From Isurus oxyrinchus (lineage: Eukaryota), in the NCBI GenBank assembly GCA_026770705.1, contig JANJGN010000019.1, positions 88,040,001 to 88,104,000 of the forward strand: a stretch of DNA of 64,000 nt, read 5' to 3'. Below, piece after piece: positions 48,081 to 63,000 of this stretch. The notes below the pieces were generated by a model. The model did no database searches. It was not told the origin of the DNA and saw only the letters and a program-made list of their open reading frames with translations. Each line of letters starts with the position of its first letter. The stretch's first letter is position 1. The position numbers and the translations under genes are program-made.

Positions 48081-51000
48081 TGTATCACTCTGACTCCAGT
48101 TCCACATTCTGATTTAGACTGACTCCAGTTCCACATTCTGTATCAGATTGACTCCAGTTCCCCATCTGCACCAGGCTGACACCAGTTCTGCATTCTGCAC
48201 CAGACAAGACTCCAGTTCCACATTCTGTATCAGACTGACTCCAATTCCAAAATCAGTATCAGACAGAATTCAGTCCCACATTCTGCATCAGACTGACTCC
48301 AGTTCCAAATTCTTCATCAGCCTGATTCCAGTTTCACATTCTGTACCAGACTGACTGCAGTACGATATTTTATATCAAACTAAATCCAGTTCCACATTCT
48401 GCATCAGACTGATTTCAGCTCCACTTTCTGTACCGGACTGACTCCAGTCCCACAGTCTGCATCAGATTGACTGCAGTTTCACATTCTGTACCAGAGTGAC
48501 TTCAGTTCCATATTCTGCATCAGACTGACTCCAGTTCCACATTCTGCATCAGACTGACTTCAGTTCCATATTCTGTACCAGACGAACTCCAGTTCCATAT
48601 TCTGTAAGAGACTGACTTCAAATTCCATATTCTGCGTCAACCTGACTCCAGTTCCACATTCTGCATTAGACTGACTCCAGTTCCACATTTTGTACCGGAC
48701 TGACTCCAGTTACACTTTTTGCACAGGTCTGACTCCAATTCCATAGTCTGCATCAGATTGACTCCAGTTCCACATTCTGCATCAGACTCCAGTCCCATGT
48801 TCTGTATCAGACTGGCTCTCGTTCCATATTCTGTATCAGACTGGCTCCAGTTCCACATTCTGCACCAGACTGACTTCAGCTCTACTTTCTATACCGGACT
48901 GACTGCTGTTCCACAGTCTGCGTCAGGCTGACTCCAGTTCCATATTCTGCAACAGACTGACTCCAGTTCCATATTCTGAAAAAGCCCATCTCCAGTGCCA
49001 TATTCTGCAAAAGCCTGTCTCCAGTTCCATATTCTGCAAAAGCCTATCTCCAGTTCCATATCTGTACCAGACTAACTCCAGTTCCATATTCTGTACCAGA
49101 CTGACTCCAATTCCATATTCGGCATCGGACTGACTCCGGTTCCATATTCTGCATCAGACTGACTGTAGTTCCATATACTGTATCAGACTGACTCCAGTTC
49201 CATATTCTGTATCAGACCGACTCCAGTTCCATATTCAACCTTGGACTGACTACAGTTCATCATTCTGTATCTGGCTGACTCCAGCTTCACATTCTGTACT
49301 AGAATGACTCCAGTTGCATATACTGTACCAGGCTGATTTCAGTTCCACATTCTGTATCAGACTGACTCCTTTTCCATATTCGGTATGAATCTGACTCCAT
49401 TTCCACATTCTGCATCAGGCTGACTCCAGTTTCACATTCTGTACTAGACTGACTCCAGTTCCATATTCTGTACCAGGCTGACTACAATTCCATATACGGT
49501 ATTAACCTGACTCCAGTTTCAGATTCTGTACCAAACTGACTCCTGTTCCATACTTGGCATCATGCTCACTCCAGTTCCCTATTCTGCACCAGACTGATTC
49601 CAATTCCATATTCGGAATGAATCTGACTCCAGTTCCATATTGTGTATCAGACTGACTCCAGTTCCATATTCTGTATCAGATGGACTCCAGTTTCAAATTA
49701 TGTACCAGAATGACTCCAGTTCCATATTTGGTATGAATCTGACTCCAGTTCCACATTTTGCATCAGACTGATGCCAGTTCCTTATTCTGTATCAGACTGA
49801 CTCCAGTTCCACATTCTGCACCAGACTGACGCCAGATCCATATTCTGTATCAGACCGACTCCAGTTCCATATTCGGTATCAGACTGACTCCACTTCAACA
49901 TTCTGTATCTGACTGACTCCAGCTTCACATTCTGTACTAGACTGACTCCAGTTGCATATTCTGTACCAGACTGATTGCTTTTCCATATTCGTTCTGAATC
50001 TGATTCCAGTTCCACAATCTGTATCAGTCTGACTCCAATTCCATATTCGACATCGGACTGACTCCATTTCCACATTCTGTATCTGGCTGACTCCAGTTTC
50101 ACATTCTCGACTAGGCTGAGTCCAGTTCCATATTCTGTACCAGGCTGACTACAATTCCTCATTCTGATACAGAATATGGAACTGGAGTCAGTCTGATACA
50201 GAATATGGAACTGGAGTCAGATTCATACTGACTATGGTACTGAATTCAGTCTGATGCAGAATAAGTATCTGGAGTCAATCTCATACAGGATATGGAACTA
50301 GTGTCACTCTCGTACAGAATATGGAACTGAGATAGTCTCATACAGAATATGGAACAAGAGTCAGCCTCATACAGAATATGGAACTGGAGTCAGTCTGATA
50401 CAGAATATGGAACTGGTGTCAGTCTGATGCAAAATGTGGAATTGGAGTCATTCTGGTACAGAATTTGAAACTGGAGTCAGATTCATACCGAATATGGAAC
50501 TGGGGTCAGTCTGATACAGAATATGGAACTGGAGTAAGTTTGAGAGAGAATGTGGAACTGGAATCAGTCTGATACAGAATGTGGAAGTGGAGTCAGATTC
50601 ATACTGAATATGGAACTGGAGACCGTCTGATACAATATATGGAACTAGAGTCAGTCTGATACAGAATGTGGAACTGGAGTCAGTCCGATACCGAATATGG
50701 AACTGGAGTCGGTCTGATGCAGAATATGGAACTGGAGTCAGATTCATACTGAATATGGAACTGAATTCAGTCTGATGCAGAATATGAAACTGGAGTCAGT
50801 CTGTTGCAGAATGTGGAACCGGAATCAGACTCACCACGAATAAGGATCTGGAGTCAGCCTCATACAGTATATGGAACTAGAGTCAGTCTTATACAGAATA
50901 TGGAACTGGAGTTAGTCTCATGCAGAATATGGAACCAGAGTCAGTGTCATACAGAATGTGGAACTGGAGTCAGTATCATATGGAATGTGGAACTGCAGTC

Positions 51001-54000
51001 AGTCTGATATAGAATATGGGACTGGCTTCAGTCTGATGCAGAATGTGGAACTGGAGTCAGTCTGATGCAGAATGTGGAACTGGAGTCAGTCTGATACAGA
51101 ATGAGGAACTGGTGTCAGCCTGATGAAAAATGTGGAACTGGAGTCAGATTCATACCAAATATGGAACTGGAGTCATTCAGGTCCAGAATTTGAAACTGGT
51201 GTCAGATTCATACCGAATATGGAACTGAGGTCAGTCTGATACAGAATATTGAACTGGAGTCAGTCTGTTACAGAATGTTGAACTTGAGTCAGTCTGATAC
51301 AAAATTTGGAACTGGAGTCAGTCTGATGCAGAATGTGCAAATGGAGTCAGATTCAAACCGAATATGGATCTGGAGTCAGTCTGATACAGAATGTTGAACT
51401 GGAGTCAGATTCAACCCAAATATGGAACTGGAGTTTGTCCGATGTCGAATATGGAACTGAAGTCAGCTTGATACAGAAGGTGGAAATAGAGTCAATCCGA
51501 TGTCGAATATGGAACTGGAGTCAGTCTGATACAGAATGTGGAACTGGAGTCAATCTGACACAAAATGTGGAACTGGAGTCAGTCTGATACTGAATCTGAC
51601 TCCAGTTCCATATTCTCTATCAGACTGACTCTAGTTCCATGTTTGGCAGCGGGCTAACTCCAGTTCCTTGTCTGTACCGGACTGACTCCAGTTCCATATT
51701 CGTTATGAATCTGACTTCAGTTCCATATTCTGCATCAGAATGACTCCAGTTGCACATTCTGTATCAGACTGACTCCAGTTCCACATTCTGTATCAGACTG
51801 ACTCCAGTTCCATATTCGACATTGGACTGACTCCAGTTCCCCATTCTGCTTCAGAGTGACTCCAGTTTCACATTCTGTATTAGACTGACTCCAGTCCCAT
51901 ATTCGGTTTGAATCTCACTCCAGTTTCACATTTTGTACTAGACTGACTCCAGTTTCATATACTGTACCAGGCTGACCACACTTCCATATACGGTATTAAT
52001 CTGACTCCAGTTTCAGATTCTGTACCAAACTGACTCTTGTTCCATACTCGGCATCGGGGTCACTCCAGTTCCCTATTCTGTATCAGACTGATTCCAATTC
52101 TATATTCAGAATGAATCTGATTCCAGTTTCAGATTCTGTACCAGAATGACTCCAGTTCCATATTTGGCATCGGACTGACTCTAGCTCCATATTCTGTACC
52201 AGACTGACTCCAGTTCCATATTTGGTTTGAATCTGATTCCAGTTCCACATACTGAATCAGAATGACTCCAGTTTCATATTCTGTATCAGACTGACTCCAG
52301 TTCCATGTTCAACAGCGGATTGACTCTATTTGCAATTCTATATCAAGCTGACTCCAGTTCCACATTCTATACTAGACGGACTCCAGTTCCATATTCTCTC
52401 CCAGACTAACTCCAATTCCATATTCTGTATGAATCTGACTCCAGTTCTATATTCTCTATCAGCCTGACTCCTGTTCCATGTTCGGTATTGGACTGACTCC
52501 AGTTCCATATTCGTTATGAATCTGACTTCGGTTCCACATTCTGCATCAGACTGACTCCAGTTCCACATTCTGCATCAGACTGACTGCAGTTCCATCTTTG
52601 ACTTCGGATTGACTCTATTTCCACATTCTGTATCAAGTTGACTTCAGTTCCATATTTGACATCGGACTGACTCCAGTTCCCCATTCTGCATCAGACTGAC
52701 TCCAGTTTCATATTCTGTACTAGACTGACTCCAGTTCCATATTCTTTATCAGGATGACTACAATACGGTATTAAGCTGACTCCAGTTTCAGATTCTGTAC
52801 CAAACTGACTCCTGTTCCATACGCAGCACCGGGCTCCCTCCAGTTCCCAATTCTGTACCAGACTGATTCCAATTCTATATTCGGAATGAATCTGACTCTA
52901 GATTCAGATTCTGTACCAGACAGACTCCAGTTGCACATTCTCTCTCAGACTGACTCCAGCTCCTCATTCTATATTAGACTGACTCCAGTTGCATATTCTG
53001 TATCAGACTGGCTCCAGTTCCATATTCGGTATCAGGTTGACTCCAGTTCCATACTCGTTATGAACCTAACTCTAGTTTCAGATTCTGTATCAGACTGACT
53101 TCAGTTCCATATTCGGTATTGGTCTAACTCATGTTCCACATTCTGCATCAGATTGACTCCGGGTCCATATTCTGTATCAGACTGACTCCAGTTCCACATT
53201 CTGTATCAGATTATCTCCAGTTCAACATTCCGTAACAGACTGACTCCAGTTCCACATTCGGAATTGGATTGACTCCAGTTGCACATTTACGTATCAGAGT
53301 GACTCTAGTTCAATATTCTGTATTAAACTGACCGCGGTTCCATATTCGGTATGAATCTGACTTCACTTCCACATTCTGCATTAGACTGACTCCAGTTCCA
53401 CATTCTCTCTCAGACTGACACCAGTTTCACATTCTGTATCAGACTGACTCCAGTTCCACATTCTCTCTCAGACTGACTCCAGTTCCATATTCTCTCTCAG
53501 ACTGACACCAGTTTCACATTCTGTATCAGACTGACTCCAGTTCCATATTCAACATTGAACTGACACCATTTCCACATTCTGTATCAGGCTGACTCCAGTT
53601 TCACATCCTGTACTAGACTAACTCCAGTTCCATATTCTGTATCAGGCTGACCCCAGTTCCATATTCGGTATCAGACTAACTCCAGTTCCATATTCTGTAT
53701 CAGGCTGACCCCAGTTCCATATTCGGTATGAATCTGACTCCAGTTTCAAATTCTGTACCAGAATGACTCCAGTTCCATATTTGGTATGAATCTGACTCCA
53801 CTTCCATATACTGTATCAAACTGACTCCAGTTCCATATTCGGTATAAATCTGACTCCAGTTCCACATTCTGCTTCAGACTGACGCCAGTTCCATATTCTG
53901 TATCAGACTGACTCCAGTTCCATGTTCGACATCGGATTGACTTTATTTTCACCTTCTGTATCAAGCTGACTTCAGTTCCACATTATGTGCTAGATTGGCT

Positions 54001-57000
54001 CCAGTTCCATATTCTGCATCAGACTGTCTCCAGTTCCATATTTGACACCAGACTGACTCTAGTTCCATATTCTGTATCAGACTAACTCCAATTCCATATT
54101 CTATATAAATCTGACTCCAGTTCCATATTTGGACTGAATCTGACTCCAATTCCATATTCTATATAAATCTGACTCCAGTTCCATATTCGGACTGAATCTG
54201 ACTCCAATTCCATATTCTCCATCAAACTGACACCAATTCCATATTCGGCATCGGGCTGACTCCAGTTCCACGTTTTGTATCAGAATGACTCCAGTTCCAT
54301 ATTCTGTACCAGACTAACTCCAGTTCCATATTCAGTATAAATTTGACTCCAGTTCGACATTAAGCATCAGACTGATGCCAGTTCCATATTCAATATGAAA
54401 TTGACTCCAGTTCCACATTATGCATCAGACTGACTCCAGTTCCATATTCTGTATCAGACTGATTCCAGTTCCATTATCAGTATGAATCTGACTGCAGTTT
54501 CAAATTCTGTACCAGAATGATACCAGTTCCATACCTGATATGAATTTGACTCCAGTTCCACATTCTGCATCAGACTGACTCCAGTTCCACATTCTGCATC
54601 AGACTGACTCCAGTTCCATATTCTGTATCAGACTGACTGCAGTTCCATATTTGATATCAGACTGACTCCAATTCCATATTCTGTACCAGACTGATTCCAG
54701 TTCCACATTCTCTCTCAGACTGACTCCAGTTCCACATTCTCTCTCAGACTGACTCCAGTTCCATATTCTGTACCAGACTGACTCCAGTGCCACCTTCTCT
54801 CTCAGACTGACACCATTTTCACATTCTGTGTCAGACTGACTCCAGTTCCATTTTCAACATTGAACTGACACCAGTTTCACATTCTGTATCAGGCTGACTC
54901 CAGTTTCACATCCTGTACTAGACTGATTCCCGTTCCATATTCTGTACCAGGTTGACTACAATTCCATATACGGTATTAATCTGAATCCAGTTTCAGATTC
55001 TGTATCAAACTCACTCCTGTTCCATACTCGGCATCGTGCTCACTCCAGTTCCATATTCTATACCAGACTGATTCCAATTCCATATTCGGAATGAATCTGA
55101 CTCCAGTTTCATATTCCATATCAGACTGGCTCCAGTTCCATCTTTGACCCCAGACTTACTCCAGTTCCATATTCTGTATCAGACTAACTCCAATTTCATA
55201 TTCGGTATGAATCTGACTCCAGTTCAATATTCGGAGTGAATCTGACTCCAGTTGCATATTCTCTATCAGACTGACTCCAGTTCAATGTTCGGCATCAGGC
55301 GGACTCCAGTTCCGCGTTCTGTACCGTACTGACTCCAGTTCTATATTCGGCATTGGACAGACTCCAGTTCCACATTCTATATCAGAATGACTCCAGTTCC
55401 ATAGTCTGTACCAGACTGCCTCCAGTTCCATATTCAGTATAAATTTGACTCCAGTTCCACATTATGCATCAGACTGACTCCAGTTCCATATTCTGTATCA
55501 GACTGATTCCAATTCCATATTCTGTATCGGACTGACTCCAGTCGCACATTTATAGATCAGACTGATTCTCGTTGTACATTCTGTATCAGACTGACTCCAG
55601 TTCCATATTATGTATCAGACTGACCTCAGTTACATATTCGGTATAAACCTGACTCCAGTTTCAAATTCTGTACCAGAATGAATCCAGATCCATATTTGAT
55701 ATGAATTTGGTTGCAGTTCCACATTCTGTATCAGACTGGCACCAGTTCCATATTCGACATCGGATTGACTCTATTTCCACCTTCTGTATGAAGCTAACTT
55801 CAGTTCCATATTCAACATTGGACTGACTCCAGTTCCATATTCGACATCAGACTGACTCTATTTCCACATTCTGTATCAAGCTGACTTCAGTTCCACATTC
55901 TGTACTAGACTGGCTCCAGTTCCATATTCTGTATCAGACTGTCTCCAGTTTCATATTTGACACCAGACTGACTCTAGTTCCATATTCTGTATCAGACTAA
56001 CTCTAATTCCATATTTGGTATGAATCTGACTCCAGTTCCATATTTGGACTGAATCGGACTCCAGTTCCATGTTCGGCATTGGGCTGACTCCAGTTCCTTG
56101 TTCTGCATCAGACTGATGCCAGTTCCATATTCTGTATCAGACTGACTGCTGTTCCAAATTCTGTATGATACTGACTCCAGTTCCATATTCTGTATGACAC
56201 TGACTCTAGTTCCATATTCCGTATGAGACTGACTCCAGTTCCATAATCTGTATGAGACTGACTCTAGTTCCATATACTGTATGAGACTGACTCCAGATCC
56301 TTATTCGTGGTGAGTCTGATTCCGGTTCCACATTCTGCAACAGACTGACTCCAGTTTCATATTCTGCATCAGACTGAATTCAGTTCCATATTCAGTATGA
56401 ATCTGACTCCAGTTCCATATTCTGTATCAGACTGACTCCAGTCCCATGCTCTGTATCAGACTGTCTCCAGTTCCATATTCTGTATCAGACTGACTCCAGT
56501 TCCATATTCGACATTGGACTGAATCCACTTCAAAATTCTGTATCTGGTTGACACCAGTTTCACATTCTGTACTAGACTGACTCCAGTTCCATATTCTGTA
56601 CCAGGCTGACTACAATTCCATATACGGTATTAATTTGAATCCAGTTTCAGATTCTGTACCAAACTGACTCACGTTCCATCCTCGGCATCATGCTCACTCC
56701 AGTTCCATATTCTATACCAGACTGATTCCAATTCTATATTCGGTATGAATCTGATTCCAGTTTCAGATTCTGTACCAGAATGACTCCAGTTCCATATTTG
56801 GCATCGGACTGACTCTAGCTCCATATTCTGTACCAGACTGACTCCAGTTCCATATTTGGTTTGAATCTGATTCCAGTTCCACATACTGAATCAGAATGAC
56901 TCCAGTTTCATATTCTGTATCAGACTGACTCCAGTTCCATGTTCAACAGCGGATTGACTCTATTTGCAATTCTATATCAAGCTGACTCCAGTTCCACATT

Positions 57001-60000
57001 CTATACTAGACGGACTCCAGTTCCATATTCTCTCCCAGACTAACTCCAATTCCATATTCTGTATGAATCTGACTCCAGTTCTATATTCTCTATCAGCCTG
57101 ACTCCTGTTCCATGTTCGGTATTGGACTGACTCCAGTTCCATATTCGTTATGAATCTGACTTCGGTTCCACATTCTGCATCAGACTGACTCCAGTTCCAC
57201 ATTCTGCATCAGACTGACTGCAGTTCCATCTTTGACTTCGGATTGACTCTATTTCCACATTCTGTATCAAGTTGACTTCAGTTCCATATTTGACATCGGA
57301 CTGACTCCAGTTCCCCATTCTGCATCAGACTGACTCCAGTTTCATATTCTGTACTAGACTGACTCCAGTTCCATATTCTTTATCAGGATGACTACAATAC
57401 GGTATTAAGCTGACTCCAGTTTCAGATTCTGTACCAAACTGACTCCTGTTCCATACGCAGCACCGGGCTCCCTCCAGTTCCCAATTCTGTACCAGACTGA
57501 TTCCAATTCTATATTCGGAATGAATCTGACTCTAGATTCAGATTCTGTACCAGACAGACTCCAGTTGCACATTCTCTCTCAGACTGACTCCAGCTCCTCA
57601 TTCTATATTAGACTGACTCCAGTTGCATATTCTGTATCAGACTGGCTCCAGTTCCATATTCGGTATCAGGTTGACTCCAGTTCCATACTCGTTATGAACC
57701 TAACTCTAGTTTCAGATTCTGTATCAGACTGACTTCAGTTCCATATTCGGTATTGGTCTAACTCATGTTCCACATTCTGCATCAGATTGACTCCGGGTCC
57801 ATATTCTGTATCAGACTGACTCCAGTTCCACATTCTGTATCAGATTATCTCCAGTTCAACATTCCGTAACAGACTGACTCCAGTTCCACATTCGGAATTG
57901 GATTGACTCCAGTTGCACATTTACGTATCAGAGTGACTCTAGTTCAATATTCTGTATTAAACTGACCGCGGTTCCATATTCGGTATGAATCTGACTTCAC
58001 TTCCACATTCTGCATTAGACTGACTCCAGTTCCACATTCTCTCTCAGACTGACACCAGTTTCACATTCTGTATCAGACTGACTCCAGTTCCACATTCTCT
58101 CTCAGACTGACTCCAGTTCCATATTCTCTCTCAGACTGACACCAGTTTCACATTCTGTATCAGACTGACTCCAGTTCCATATTCAACATTGAACTGACAC
58201 CATTTCCACATTCTGTATCAGGCTGACTCCAGTTTCACATCCTGTACTAGACTAACTCCAGTTCCATATTCTGTATCAGGCTGACCCCAGTTCCATATTT
58301 GGTATCAGACTAACTCCAGTTCCATATTCTGTATCAGGCTGACCCCAGTTCCATATTCGGTATGAATCTGACTCCAGTTTCAAATTCTGTACCAGAATGA
58401 CTCCAGTTCCATATTTGGTATGAATCTGACTCCACTTCCATATACTGTATCAAACTGACTCCAGTTCCATATTCGGTATAAATCTGACTCCAGTTCCACA
58501 TTCTGCTTCAGACTGACGCCAGTTCCATATTCTGTATCAGACTGACTCCAGTTCCATGTTCGACATCGGATTGACTTTATTTTCACCTTCTGTATCAAGC
58601 TGACTTCAGTTCCACATTATGTGCTAGATTGGCTCCAGTTCCATATTCTGCATCAGACTGTCTCCAGTTCCATATTTGACACCAGACTGACTCTAGTTCC
58701 ATATCCTGTATGAGACTAACTCCAGTTCCATATTCTGTATAAGACTGACTCTAGTTCCATATACTGTATGAGACTGACTCCAGATCCTTATTCGTGGTGA
58801 GTCTGATTCCGGTTCCACATTCTGCAACAGACTGACTCCAGTTTCATATTCTGCATCAGACTGAATTCAGTTCCATATTCAGTATGAATCTGACTCCAGT
58901 TCCATATTCTGTATCAGACTGACTCCAGTCCCATGCTCTGTATCAGACTGTCTCCAGTTCCATATTCTGTATCAGACTGACTCCAGTTCCATATTCGACA
59001 TTGGACTGAATCCACTTCAAAATTCTGTATCTGGTTGACACCAGTTTCACATTCTGTACTAGACTGACTCCAGTTCCATATTCTGTACCAGGCTGACTAC
59101 AATTCCATATACGGTATTAATTTGAATCCAGTTTCAGATTCTGTACCAAACTGACTCACGTTCCATCCTCGGCATCATGCTCACTCCAGTTCCATATTCT
59201 ATACCAGACTGATTCCAATTCTATATTCGGTATGAATCTGACTCCAGTTCCACATTCTGCATCAGAAGGACTCCAGTTTCATATTTTGAATCAGACTGAC
59301 TCCAGTTCCATATTCGACGTCAGACTGACTCCAGTTCCACAGTCTGTATCAGATTGACTCCAGTTCCATATTCGACATCGGATTGACTCTATTTCCACCT
59401 TCTGTATCAAGCTGACTTCAATTCCATATGCGACATAGTCTGACTCCAGATCCACATTCTGCATCAGACTGACACCAGTTCCATATTCGACATCTGACTG
59501 ACTCCAGTTCCACATTCTGTATCAAGCAGACTTCTGTTCCACATTCTGTACTAGACTGGCTCCAGTTCCATATTCTGTATTAGACTGTCTCCAGTTTCAT
59601 CTTTGACACCAGACTGACTCTAGCTCCATATTCTGTATCGAACTAGCTCCAATTCCATATTCGGTATAAATCTGACTCCAGTTCGATATTCGGTATGAAT
59701 CTGACTCCAGTTCCATATTCTCTATCAGACTGAATCCAGTTCCATATTCGGTATGAATCTGACTGCAGTTCCATATTCTGCGTCAGACTGACTCCAGTTC
59801 CATATTATGTATCAGACTGACCTCAGTTACAGATTTGGTATAAACCTGACTCCAGTTTCAAATTCTGTACCTGAATGAATCCAGTTCCATATTTGATATG
59901 AATTTGATTCCAGTTCCACATTCTGCATCAGACTGACACCAGTTCCATATTCGACATCAGATTGACTCTATTTCCACCTTCTATATGAAGCTGACTTCAG

Positions 60001-63000
60001 TTCCATATTCGATATTGGACTGACTCCAGTTTCACATTCTGCATCAGACTGACTCCAGTTCCATATTTGACAGCAGACTGACTCTATTTCCACATTTTGT
60101 ATGAAGCTGACTTCAGTTCCACATTCTGTACTAGACTGGCTCCACTTCCATATTCTGTATCAGACTGTCTCCAGTTCCATATTTGACACCAGTCTGACTC
60201 TAGTTCCATATTCTGTATCAGACTAACTCCAATTCCATATTCGGTATGAATCTGACTCCAGTTCCATATTCGGACTGAATCTGACTCCAATTCCATGTTC
60301 GGCATCTCGCTGACTCCAGTTCCACATTCTGTATCAAACTGACTCCATGTTCTGTACCAGGCTGACTACAATTCCATATACGGTCTGAATATGACCCCAG
60401 TTCCATATTGGACATTGGACTGACATCGGTTTCACATTTTGTATCAGATGACTCCACTTTCACATCCTGTACTAGACTGACTCCAGTTCCATATTCTGTA
60501 CCAGGCTAACTACAATTCCATATAAGGTATGAATCTGACTCCAGTTCCATATTCGGACTGAATCTGACTCCAATTCCATGTTCGGCATCTCGCTGACTCC
60601 AGTTCCACATTCTGTATCAAACTGACTCCATGTTCTGTACCAGGCTGACTACAATTCCATATACGGTCTGAATATGACCCCAGTTCCATATTGGACATCG
60701 GACTGACATCAGTTTCACATTTTGTATCAGATGACTCCACTTTCACATCCTGTACTAGACTGACTCCAGTTCCATATTCTGTACCAGGCTAACTACAATT
60801 CCATATAAGGTATGAATCTGACTCCAGTTCCATATTCAGACTGAATCTGACTCCAGTTCCATATTCTCTATCAGAGTGAAGCCAGTTCCATGTTCGGCAT
60901 CAGGCTGACTCCAGTTCCTCGTTCTGTACCAGACTGACTCCAGTTCCATATTCGGCATTGGACTGACTCCAGTTCCTCGTTCTGTACCAGACTGACTCCA
61001 GTTCCATATTCGGCATTGGACTGACTCCAGTTCCACATTCTGTATCAGAATGACTCCAGTTCCATGTTCCGTACCAGTCTGATTCCAGTTCCATATTCAG
61101 TATAAATTTGACTCCAGTTCCACATTATGCATCTGACTGCCTGCAGTTCCAAATTCTGTATGATACTGACTCCAGTTCCATATTCTTTATGACACTGACT
61201 CTGGTTCCATATTCTGTATGAGACTGATTCCAGTTCCATATTCTGTATGAGATTGACTCTAGTTCCATATCCTGTATGAGACTGACTCCAGATCCTTATT
61301 CGTGGTGAGTCTGATTCCGGCTCCACATTCTGTAACAGACTGACTCCAGTTACAAATTCTGCATCAGACTGAATTCAGTTCCATATGCAGTATGAATCTG
61401 TCTCCAGTTCCATATTCTTTATCAGACTGACTCCAGTCCCATGTTCTGTATCAGACTGACTCCAGTTCCATATTTGACATTGGACCGAATCCACTTCAAA
61501 ATTCTGTATCTGGTTGACTCCAGTTTCACATTCTGTACTAGATTGACTCCAGTTCCATATTCTGTACCAGGCTGACTACAATTCCATATACGGTATTAAT
61601 CTGACTCCAGTTTCAGAGTCTGTACCAGAATGACTCCAGTTCCATATTTGTATGAATCTGACTCCCCTTCCATATACTGTATCAGACGGACTCCAGTTCC
61701 ATATTTGGTATGAATCTGACTCCACTTCCACATTCTGCATCAGACTGACTCCGGTCCCATATTCTGTATCAGACTGACTCCTGTTCCATATTCTGTATCA
61801 GGCTGACCGCAGTTCCATATTTGGTATGAATCTGTCTCCAGTTTCAAATTCTGTACCAGAATGACTCCAGTTCCATATTTGGTATGAATCTGACTCCACT
61901 TCCTTTTACTGTATCAGACTGACTCCAGTTCCATATTCGGTATAAATCTGACTCCAGTTCCACATTCTGCTTCAGACTGACGCCAGTTCCATATTCTGTA
62001 TCAGATTGACTCCAGTTCCATATTCGACATCAGACTGACTCCAGTTCCACATTTTGTATCAAGCTGACTTCAGTTCCACATTATGTGCTAGATTGGCTCC
62101 GGTTCCATATTCTGCATCAGACTGTCTCCAGTTCCATATTTGACACCAGACTGACTCTAATTCCATGTTCTGTATCAGGATAACTCCAATTCCATATTCT
62201 CTATCAAACTGACTCCAGTTCCATGTTCGGCATCAGGCAGACTCCATTTCCTTGTTCTGTACCATCCTGACTCCAGTTCCACATTCTGTATCAGAATGAC
62301 TCCAGTTCCATGTTCTGTACCGGTCTGACTCCAGTTCCATATTTGGCATCGGGCTGACTCCAGTTCCACATTCTGTATCAGAATGACTCCAGTTCCATAT
62401 TCAGTATAAATTTGACTCCAGTTCCACATTATGCATCAGACTGATGCCAGTTCCATATTCAATATGAATTTGACTCCAGTTCCACATTATGCATCAGACT
62501 GACTCCAGTTCCATATTCTTTATTAGACTGATTCCAGTTCCATATTCGGTAAGAATCTGAATGCAGTTTCAAATTCTGTACCAGAATGACACCAGTTCCA
62601 TACTTGATATGAATTTGACTCCAGTTCCATATTCTGTATCAGACTGACTGCAGTTCCATATTCGACATCAGACTGACTCCAGTTCCATATTCTGTACCAG
62701 ACTGACTCCAGTTCCACATTCTCTCTCAGACTGACTCCTGTTCCACATTCTGTATCTGACTGACTCCAGTTCCATATTTGACATCAGACTGACACCAGTT
62801 TCACATTCTGTATCAGAGTGACTCCAGTTGCATATTCAACATTGGACTGGACCAGTTTCACATTCTGTATCAGGCTGACTCCAGTTTCACATCCTGTACT
62901 AGACTGACTCCAGTTCCAAATTCTGTACCAGGTTGACTACAATTCCATATACGGTATTAATCTGACTCCAGTTTCAGATTCTGTATCAAACTCACTCCTG

